Of a stretch of DNA of 64,000 nt, positions 54,370-64,000 are shown in pieces. The translations under genes and the position numbers were made by a program. The notes below the pieces were generated by a model. The model had not been told where the DNA came from, did no database searches, and worked only from the letters and a program-made list of their open reading frames with translations. The DNA comes from Narcine bancroftii (taxonomy: Eukaryota). The stretch spans positions 225,804,001 through 225,868,000 of the forward strand of contig NC_091474.1 in assembly GCF_036971445.1 (NCBI RefSeq), written 5' to 3'. Position 1 is the first letter of the stretch, and each line of letters begins with the position of its first letter.

Positions 54370-54800
54370 TTTTAAATATAGGCATTATCACTTCCTTTGC
54401 TAGAAGTTCCAGGTGTCAAACTGAATAAAATATCCGACTTCCAAGTTATAGCAATACATTTTCTAGCTATTGCCAAAGCACTTTGAACAAATTTTACTTG
54501 ATAAATATTAAATTTTAATTTAGGTTTAATTCCTGTAACATTTCCCAGTAAAAATAACATTGGGAATCTAATTCCAGTTATTCATTCTAATAAATTACCC
54601 AAATCAAGCCAAAAAGGTTTAATTGTGGAACACTACCAGTTGATTGCAAAAGAGTACCAACTTCTTATCCAAATCGAAAACATAAATCTGAATAAATATA
54701 ATTCATATTATGTAACTTTAGTGGTGTTAAATACAACTGATGAATAAAATTATATTGAACTAACCAATATCTCACATTTATTGCTTTTTTCATGCTCTCT
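54370..54800 (-). mobile_element. L1-clade ORF2 C-terminal fragment
   Basis: LFLLGNV...ALAIARKCIAITWKSD. Confidence 0.62.
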
Positions 54801-55599
54801 CTATGTATCTGAATCCATCTACGTTCATCTATTATTTAAATCTACCTCCCATTTTTATCTTCCTCTCAACTTTGCAACTGATCTACACAATCTTCCTCAT
54901 GATCCTCAACACCAGTTTCCATGTCATTTACAAACTTAAAAATCACATCAAAGTTACTAATGTGTATCACAACCAATACTCCTGCAGTATATCACTAGTA
55001 CCATCGATAAAAGCGTTCTTTCATCTCTACCCACTTCCTCCTATCATCAAGCTCATTTTTGGTCCAATTGATCAGGTTGCCATTGATTCCATGTCCCTTA
55101 ACTTTCTGGAGGAGCCTATTTACAGGATCTTGTCAAAAATGCCTTGCTAATGTCCAGATAGATAACCACTGCCATGCTTCAACAACTCAAAAACTCGAAT
55201 AAATTAGTGAGATAGGATTATCCCTTCACAAAACCCTCCTAACTATATCTAATCTGTCCCCAACTTTACAAATGTACACAACTCCTATCTCTTAGAATTT
55301 TCTTCAATCAATTTTTCTTCTACTGATGCAAGATTTGCCAGCTGCTGATTTCCTGGTTTATTCCTATTGCACTTCTTAAATTCAGAAACACCGTAAGATC
55401 AACTCCTGTCTTCTACTGTAGATGGAAATATCTGTCTATATCCCCTGCAATCTCCTTTGCGCTTTTTATCTCTCTTATTGCTTTATCTTACAGCTTTTAG
55501 ATTTATTTTATCATGTATTTTTTCTCCAACTACCTCTAAATCCTCTCACCCTTCACTCTGATTTCTACTTCAACAGTTCATCCCCAGGTAACCTAACCT

Positions 55600-56680
55600 C
55601 TTTCTATCAGCATTGGCTGATCAGCAGGAAGCAGAGAATGGAGTAAAGGGATCCTATTCTGGTTGGCTAATGATTACCAGTGGCGTTCTGCAGGGGTTGG
55701 TGTTGGGCCACTTCTTTTTACGGTTTATGTTAATGATTCAGATAGAAGAATAAATGGCTTTGTGGCTAAGTTTGCAGATGATACAAAGGTAGATGTAGGG
55801 GCAGGTAGTGAGGATGAAATGGAGAGGCTGCAGAGAGATTTGGATGGATTATGAGAAGGGGCAGAAAAGTAGCTAATACAGTGTTGGAAAGTGCACCTTG
55901 GTAGAAAGAACAAAAGGGCAGATTATTATTTAGATGGGGAGAAAATTCAAAATTCAGAGGTGCAAACAGATTTGGGAGTCCTCATGTAGGATATCCTAAA
56001 AGTTAACCTCCAGGTTGAGTCAGTAGTGAAAGCAAATTCAACATTGGCGTTCATATTTGGAGAAATAGGATACACAAGCAGCGATGTAATATTGAGGTTT
56101 TATAAGGTATTGGTGAGGTCTCACTTATAATATGGTATACAATTTGGGGATCCTTATTTAAGAGAGGATGTGCTGACATTGGAGAGGGTTCAGAGAAGAT
56201 TCACAAGAATGATTCCTGGAATGAAGGGATTAGCATATAAGGAACATTTGGCAACTCTTAGATTGTACTCTTTGGAGTTGAGAAGAATTAGGGGTGGGGG
56301 AGCTTGGGATTCATAGCAGAATTTCAAATGTTGAAAGGCCTGGACAGAGTCAATGTGGCAAAGTTGTTTCCCATGGTAGATGAGTCTAGGACAGGAGGGC
56401 ATAACTTCAGGCTTGAAGGACACCCATTTAAAACAGAAATCGGAGGAATTTCTTTAGCCAGGGAGTGATGAACCTCTGGAATTTGCTACCACTGGTGGCT
56501 ATGAAGGCCAAGTCGTTGGGTGTATATAAGGCAGAGATTAATAGGTATCTGAATAGTCAGGGTATGAAAGGTTATGGGAAGAAAGCGGGGAGTTGGGCTC
56601 TGTGGAAGAATGGATCAGCTCATGATGGAATGGTAGAACAGACTAGATGGCCTGTTTCTGTTCCAAATCTTATAGTCTAT
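55600..56680 (+). mobile_element. CR1 LINE 3' half
   Basis: GPLLFTVYVND, KFADDTK, NLWNLLP peptides and tail. Confidence 0.85.
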
Positions 56681-57017
56681 CCATCCCTCCTTCATCTTCT
56701 CTGCATGCAAAACTACTTCATTTTCTCTTTTTCTTATTTCTGATAAAGGATCTTCTACTTGAAACATTAATTCTGTTTGGCATTAGATCACTGCATCCAA
56801 TTACCTAAATGAGATGTTATATAATTATCTGTTTGTTATCTGAATTTTGTTTAAGTACTATTATCAATTTTTGACACATAATTTATAAAAGAATTTGCAA
56901 GATTAAATGGAAAATATTGAACATTTTTGTTCACTACTATGCACATTTATTATTAAAATTCAGAAGAATATAGGATTGTAGTACTTAATAGGTTTTCTGT
57001 ATTCCGTTTGTGTAAAG

Positions 57018-57101
57018 AGACTTCATGCCAAAAAATATTGGAATAGACCCAAGTCCCTTCACTGTTCGCAAGCCAGAAGAAACTGGTAAATCCATGCTGA
57101 G
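57018..57101 (+). CDS. FIG4: FIG4 coding exon, last in window (about exon 19)
   Basis: gtgtaaag acceptor and GTAAGG donor; 84 bp; (K)DFMPKNIGIDPSPFTVRKPEETGKSML. Confidence 0.94.
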
Positions 57102-57519
57102 GTAAGGAAGCAATGACTAAATGTGATTGTCTACCCTCATTTTTTTATTCAATATAATTTTGTCATTAATTACCATTATATTTAAAAAATCAATATCTGT
57201 GACGTGGGTTCCATTCTGACCTCTGGTGAAATCAGTATGAAACTTGAACATCTCCCTGTGACTGCATGTTTTCCTCACACTTCATCGCCAGGTACTGAGT
57301 TTCCTCCCACATCCTAAAGAAGTGCTGAGAGGTTCATTGCCTCCTGTAAATTATCATTAATGTAGGTGGGCTGGGTAAGTTGACGACATAAGGCATGGTA
57401 ACAGGCCCTTTTATTCAACAGGAGCAGGTTATTTAATGATAAAGTAGGATTACAGAATGGAATTGGCACAGGAGTTCCACTACTAGCAAAACAATAATGA
57501 CCAAGCTGTTTTTAGTAAT

Positions 57520-57780
57520 TTAATTTAATTTAGACATACAGCATGGTAACAGGCCCTTTTGGCCCACAAGCCCATGCTGCCCAATTACTCCAAATTGGCC
57601 TACAATCCCTGGTATATTTTGAAAGGTAGGAGTAAACCTGAGAACCAGGGAAAGCCCACACAGGCACGGGGAGAATGTACAAACACCTTACAAAGAATGT
57701 AGAATTTGAACCCCAGTCCCGATCGCTGGTGCTGTAATAGCATTGCACTAACCACTACACTAACTGTACTACCCTACCGC
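57520..57780 (-). mobile_element. V/HE1-type SINE
   Basis: Colinear with the SINEs at 4461 and 40490; (TTTAA)n-type tail at 57520. Confidence 0.8.
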
Positions 57781-58137
57781 TAATGGCTAGAATCTAAATG
57801 TATTGGAGTGGTAAAAATGTGAGGAGGACATTGTGGAGAACACTTATGGTCTTAAAATAGGTCTGAGACCCTTTTCCATCCACCTGAAAGAGTTGTGACT
57901 GTTCAACCAAAATGTAATACCTCTGACTTTGTTCTATATTAGATGCTGCCTAAATTATGTCCTTAAAAATCTGAAGTGGGCCTTTACAATCTTTTATTAT
58001 TATTGGATTACTACTAACTTGGTGGTGTTTACTGATCTGTGTTAATTAAGACCTGTCTTCTTTTAGTATTCTCTGATTTAAGTGGTCAGAAATTAAGCAA
58101 AGCTGCATGGTCCCTAGAGCCTCTCTGTCATATGGTA

Positions 58138-58854
58138 TGTTATGAGCCCAGAGGACCCCAAAACCCAGCAGTAATAGATATTCACCAAGAAAAATGGTTA
58201 CTTAAACAAAAGTTGCTTTTAATTATCTTTAAACATGAAAATAGAATCACACTTTAACTTATCACCATTGGCTTAACTAACCCAACTTAACCCCCTTCCA
58301 ATTCTAAGCGCACATGTATGTAATGTATGTGTAAGTTCAGAAAAGTTCTTTGGTTCACAGTTCAATCCCACTTCTCATTCCTCCAAATTCACTAGTTGCA
58401 GGTAATTCTTATACTATGCACAGAATTTAGCATTTATAAAGTTCACCATGCTTTGGTGCTTGAAAGGTAAATGATTACTGTTCAGGAAGGTTCTTGTTGG
58501 TTTTCAGAGAGAGATTTATTGTACAGTGGAGATCCACAACTGATTTACTTCTATCAGCCATTTCAATGTCTTGCTGACAAAACTTGCCCCCTCAGGGATC
58601 TCCAGATGATGACCTCTTTCTTTTTGGTCACACAGAGTACCTTTTTTTTCCTCTTATTTCAAGTGAAACATTAGACAGTCAGTCCTCTCCTTTTGCATGA
58701 ACAACAAGGGCTTTGGCCAGGCTGAATCAAGCATTTACAACCCGTCTTCCAAATGGGGTTTTACACAAGCTTGCCAGCTTGTCCTGTTTCAGTCCTATCT
58801 GATGTTGCTGGCTGTAACACTAAAAGTTATCTCTCTTTTTCTGTCAGTCTGTCA

Positions 58855-58917
<63 letters not shown>

Positions 58918-59215
58918 AGAGAAAATCTGTTTGACTCCCTCTACTTGCAAAACCACATGACCCTCTTAGAACAGCTCCAGACAATCTGCAGCTCCAAACA
59001 AGATATTTCATCTGTTGCCTTTTTGTAAACAATAATCCATTAGTGAAGTCTCTTGGGCACTCTCCAAAAAAAAGACTGATGGCCCCAACATGTCTAGCAT
59101 GGGGCTGAACTCCAGTATTTTAAATAAGATCTGTTTTAAAGTGTTTGTATGTGACTTACTCTAACAAACCTTTCCCGATTTATCTCCCAAAAACTTATCT
59201 ATATACTCTGTCACA
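58138..59215 (-). mobile_element. Complete solo LTR, family LTR-A, 1078 bp
   Basis: TGTTATG...TGTCACA termini; exact 4-bp TSD GGTA; internal (CTGT)n(CT)n microsatellite. Confidence 0.9.
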
Positions 59216-59415
59216 GGTATTATTATTATTAGTCCAGTATTTTTCTTAACTTTCACAGCCAATCTTCATGTTTATTCATTCCTTTAATAGTTAAGTATAC
59301 AGCTATCTGCCTTGAATAACCACATGCCCTTCCTTAGCATAATTACATAAACTTGCAGCTTGCTTTCTCATTTAGCTTTGCTTTATCAATAACATAAATG
59401 AAATGGCAATATCAG

Positions 59416-61328
59416 TGTTATGAGCCCAGAGGACCTCAAAACCCAGCAGCAATACATATTCACCAAGATGAATGGTTGCTTTTAATTATCTTTAAATATG
59501 AAAACAGGATCTTCTTCTTCTTTCTTCTTTGGCTTGGCTTCGCGGACGAAGATTTATGGAGGGGTATGTCCACGTCTGCTGCAGGCTCGTTGGTGACTGA
59601 CAAGTCTGATGTGGGACAGGCAGGCACGGTTGCAGCAGTTGCAAGGGAAAATTGGTTGGTTGGGGTTGGGTGTTGGGTTTTTCCTCCTTTGTCTTTTGTC
59701 AGTGAGGTGGGCTCTGCGGTCTTCTTCAAAGGAGGTTGCTGCCCGCCAAACTGTGAGGCGCCAAGATGCACGGTTGGAGGCGATATCAGCCCACTGGTGG
59801 TGGTCAATGTGGCAGGCACCAAGAGATTTCTTTAAGCAGTCCTTGTACCTCTTCTTTGGTGCACCTCTGTCTCGGTGGCCAGTGGAGAGCCATATAACAC
59901 AATCTTGGGAAGGCGATGGTCCTCCATTCTGGAGACGTGACCCACCCAGCGCAGTTGGGTCTTCAGCAGCGTGGATTCGATGCTTGCGGACTCTGCCAGC
60001 TCAAGTACTTCGATGTTGGTGATGAAGTCACTCCAATGAATGTTGAGGATGGAGCGGAGACAGCACTGATGGAAGCGTTCTAGAAGCCGTAGGTGATGTC
60101 GGTAGAGGACCCATGTTTCGGAGCCGAACAGGAGTGTGGGTATGACAACGGCTCTGTATACGCTGATCTTTGTGTGTTTCTTCAGGTGGTTGTTTTTCCA
60201 GACTCTTTTGTGTAGTCTTCCAAAGGCGCTATTTGTCTTGGCGAGACTGTTGTCTATCTCGTTGTCGATCCTTGCATCAGATGAAATGGTGCAGCCGAGA
60301 TAGGTAAACTGGTTGACCATTTTGAGTTCTGTGTGCCTGATGGAGATGTGGGGGGGCTGGTGGTCATGGTAGGGAGCTGACTGATGGAGGACCTCAGTTT
60401 TCTTCAGGCTGACTTCCAGGCCAAACATTTAAAACAGGATCACACTTTAACTTAACTAACCTAACTTAACCCCCTTCTAAATCTAAGCGCATATGTATGT
60501 ACATTCAGAAAAGTTCTTAGATTCAAGTCCAATCTCACTTCTCATTCCTCGAAGTTTACTGGTTGCAGGCAATTCTTATACTGTGCACAGATTTTAACAT
60601 TTATGATGTTCACCAGGCTTTAATGCTTAAAAAGTAAATGATTACTGCTCAGGAAGGCTCTTTTCGGTTTTCAGAGAGAGATTTGTTGTTCACTGGACAC
60701 TCACAACTGATTCCTTGTAAACAGCCACTTCAATGTCTTGCTGTAAAAACTTGCCCCATCAGGGTTCTCCAGAGTGATAACCTCTTTCTTTCAGGTCACC
60801 ACAGTGTTCCTTTTTGTTTCTCTTATTTCAAGTGAAAAATTAGGCAGTCAGTCCTCTCCTTTTGTATGAACCACAAGGGTTTTGACCAGGCTGAACCTAG
60901 CACTCACAACCTGTCCTGTTCCAGTCCTAGATGCTGCTTAACTGTAAAATTGCAGAACTGAATCCCCTCTCTCTCTTTTCTCTCTCTCTCTCTCTCTCTC
61001 TCTACTCACACTCACACTCACACACACACACAGAGGAAAGCCTGTTTTACTCTCTGCTTGAAAAACCACGTGACCCTTTTAGAACAGCGAGTTCCACTCC
61101 AGACAGCCTGAAGCTCCGACAAGTTCTTTCATCTTTTGCCTCTTTGTAAACAACAATCCATTAGTGACGAGTCTACGAGTCTTGCAAAGGCTCTTTGTGC
61201 TGGACCATCTAGCATGAGCAGAGCTCCAGTATTTTAAAGAAGATCTGATTTAAAGTGTTTGTATGTGACCTACGCTAAAAACCCTGCCTCAATTTTTCTC
61301 CCAAAAACATATCTATAATCTGTCACCA
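59416..61328 (-). mobile_element. Solo LTR-A interrupted by an RTE LINE
   Basis: TGTTATG...TGTCACCA termini; TSD TCAG; LTR sequence resumes at 60431. Confidence 0.88.
59512..60430 (-). mobile_element. 5'-truncated RTE-clade LINE
   Basis: 198-aa ORF FGLEVSLKKTEVL...FTYLG...AFGRL...LRWVGHVSRM; (GAA)n tail; exact 11-bp TSD AAAACAGGATC (59501-59511 and 60431-60441). Confidence 0.93.
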
Positions 61329-61689
61329 TCAGCAATATTGTCTTTTTGATATTGAAAAGCAATATTGCCAAAATTACACAAATTAAAAAACAATTTTGCT
61401 GATATTGTCTTTTCCTTTGTCAAGTAATTTATAAATACAGACCAACATGCCACTAAACTTTAAAAAAAAGAATCTTTTCTATTTTGCCAATTCTCTTTTT
61501 GTGTTAGTATATTATCTTAAACCTCCATGGGTCTTTGTATTTATATATATATTTTTAATTTTAGTTCCTTACCTCCAACCTACCAGCCACCCAAGAGCCA
61601 TTCCTGTTCACATATTGCTGAAACAGATCCACAGCAGATGCCATCCCCTACCTTACTCACAACCCTGGAACACCTTACAACAATGTTGC

Positions 61690-62600
61690 CTATGTTAGAC
61701 TAATATTTATTGGCTGCAGCTCCCTTTTCAAAACAGTAGTTCCAAACAACATTATTCTCAAGTTATGTAATCTTGCTCTCAGCACCCCACTCTGCAATTG
61801 GATCCATGATTTTCTATCCCACAAGTCACAGTAAGGGTTGGTGACGGCATTTCCTCCACATTTGTCCTTATTACTGGAATACTGCAAGGATGTATGCTTA
61901 GTGCTCTCTCTATACTCCCTGTATACCCACGACTGTTTGATGAAACACAGCTCCAACTTGATCTATACATTTATGGATGACACCACCATTGCAAGCAGGA
62001 TCTCTAACAACAATGAAACTGAGTACAGAGAGAGATGGAGGGACTTGTGGCTTAGTGTCAGGATAGCAACCTCTCAGCAAAACCAAAGAACTGGTTATAG
62101 ACATCTGGAAGAGGGGTGAAGCTTTCTTGCCTGACAACATCAATAGTGCTGAGATGGAGATTGTAGACTGCTTTAAGTTCTTAGGAGTAAATGTCTCCAG
62201 TGGCTTGTCCTGGTTGTCCTACGTTGATTCAATAGTGAAGAAAGCACACCAGTGCCTCTACTTCCTCAGAAACTTGAGGAAATTTGGCATATCACCTGCA
62301 TCCCTTAACAACTTCTACAAGTGCACCACCAAAAGGGTACATCACTGCACGGTAGGGAGCTGAAAGAAAGAAACTGCAAAGGGTTGTGAGTGTGGCTCAT
62401 ACACACCCTACCCCCTCCCCTGTTCCATCAAATTCATCTATAACTCTTGCTGCCTTGGAAAATCAGCCAACATGTTAAAGGTCTCCTCCCACCCCAGCCA
62501 CCTTCTCTTCACTCCCTACCATCAGGAAGAGATTCACATGTGTTAGATAATGCACCACTGATTCAAGACCATTTCTTTCCAGCTGACTCTTAAATAAACC
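61690..62600 (+). mobile_element. Rex1/Babar LINE fragment
   Basis: LYSLYTHDC, FMDDTTI, VKKAHQCLYFLRNLRKFG. Confidence 0.8.
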
Positions 62601-62779
62601 CCACAATAACAAAATTACATTGCCTTTACTCTATACCAACTGATCCCTTTCTGTAACTGCACTTTTATACTATGTCTTGCTTTACTAATGTATAAAAAGT
62701 TGACTGGTCTGCCCACTGCCTTTTCAATACACGTGATAGTTAACTTGAACTTTAACAGATCAAATACCTTTTCAAAAGT

Positions 62780-63500
62780 TAAGTACTATGATCGTGTCTC
62801 CAAGTTTTCTTCTAATACCATCATAAAATTTGCAGATGACACGACTGTGGTTGGGTTCATTTCAAGGGCCGACGAGTCAGCCAATGGGGATGAAGTCCAC
62901 AGACTGTCAGTATGGTGCTCAGAAAACAATCTGGAATTGTATTCCTTGAAGACAAAAGAGTTCAAGATAGATTTCAGGAGGAACAGTATGGACCCAGCTC
63001 TGTTGTATATTAATTGGGATTGTGTGGAAAGGGTCACGACTTTTAAGTTTCTGGGAACATATTTGACTGAGAATCTCTCTTTGACTATTAATACCATTGC
63101 TATAGTCAAGAAGGCACATCAATGTCTCCATTTAATGAGAATCCTTAGTAAAATCAGTCTACAGAAGAAGTTATTGATGTCCTTCTATTGCTTCTCTATG
63201 GAAAGCTTGCTGACTTACTGTGGTTTGCCAGCTGTACAGCAGCGGAAAAGAGGGATTTTCAGAGGGTTATTAATATGGCCCAGAAGATCACTGGGTGCTC
63301 CTTGACCTTTTTGGAGGGTTTATTTTGATCTCACTGTATCTGGAAGGCAGCTAATATCCTTAAGGACTCTACTCACCTGGGCCATCATTTGTTTGACCTA
63401 TTGCCCTCACGAAGACGATACAGGTCCATTAAATCATGGACCAACAGACTCAAGAACAGTTTATATCCCAGAATCATCCGAGAATTAAACTCCGCCAATT
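62780..63500 (+). mobile_element. Rex1/Babar LINE 3' fragment, second subfamily
   Basis: IIKFADDTTVVG, WCSENNL, KTKE..IDFRR, KKAHQCLH. Confidence 0.82.
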
Positions 63501-63970
63501 AGTGTATTTTGTATTGTTTTAATGCTAATTTTTTTGTTGTTTTTATTTTTTCTTATATGCTCATATGTTGTATTTGTGAGTACCACGGGTTATGTTTTTA
63601 AATTTTGTTGCATTTTCTTTCGCAAAGACAATAAAGTATTTACTTATGCTGTGTCACCCTTTGTGCATTGTTATTTAAATGCTTTCAGTCTCAGTTCTGT
63701 CAAAGATGTTTGCATGTGGTCATTTTTAGCAAAATCATGCTGAGGAAGAAATATTTTTTCTTATTTTTAATTTCTTCCATCTATAATTCCTAGAAATCTT
63801 CGCTGTTATTCATACTTATTCAAGGTCGATGATGGATAGGGTGCATGAGGGGAAATTGGTTTGACTATTATGCCTACAATTTGGAATACAGTTACTAAAT
63901 TAAAAGCTCAACTTGCTTGCAATAATGACCCAGCAACACATAATGAAAAGGTGAACAAATATAATTAAAC

Positions 63971-64000
63971 TCTTTCTTTCTTTCTTTGGCTTGGCTTCGC
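63971..64000 (-). mobile_element. 3' tail of a second copy of the RTE LINE, continuing beyond the window
   Basis: ttctttggcttggcttcgc is identical to 59525-59543. Confidence 0.75.

Noticed and set aside
57102-64000. Further FIG4 exons in 1-9726 or 57102-64000
   Set aside because: No matching peptide found by eye; the flanking exons probably lie outside the window, though a diverged exon could have been missed

Overview
This window is vertebrate nuclear genomic DNA, not prokaryotic. The repeat content (HE1/V-type SINEs, HER1-like CR1 LINEs, Penelope relics) suggests a cartilaginous fish, but that is inference and no species is claimed. It covers the middle of one + strand gene, FIG4 (SAC3, PI(3,5)P2 5-phosphatase). 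Eight coding exons (909 bp, all GT-AG, phases join into one open frame) include the catalytic CX5R(T) motif CVDCLDRT; both gene ends lie outside the window. The introns are dense with transposable elements: six Ty3/Gypsy proviruses or relics, several solo LTRs, CR1, Rex1/Babar, L1, RTE and Penelope retroelements, SINEs, and hAT, Harbinger and Tc1/mariner-type MITEs, many nested with readable target-site duplications (TSDs). Almost all ORFs in the track are TE fragments or spurious. I found no convincing novel biological system. The best leads are three two-LTR Gypsy elements that keep gag and part of integrase but lack PR-RT-RNaseH, an AviRTE-like LINE that is a horizontal-transfer candidate, sense LTR poly(A) signals upstream of the FIG4 catalytic exon, a motif-rich Harbinger MITE, and relic hammerhead-like cores. 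TE boundaries without a TSD are approximate, and all family assignments come from recalled motifs, not searches.
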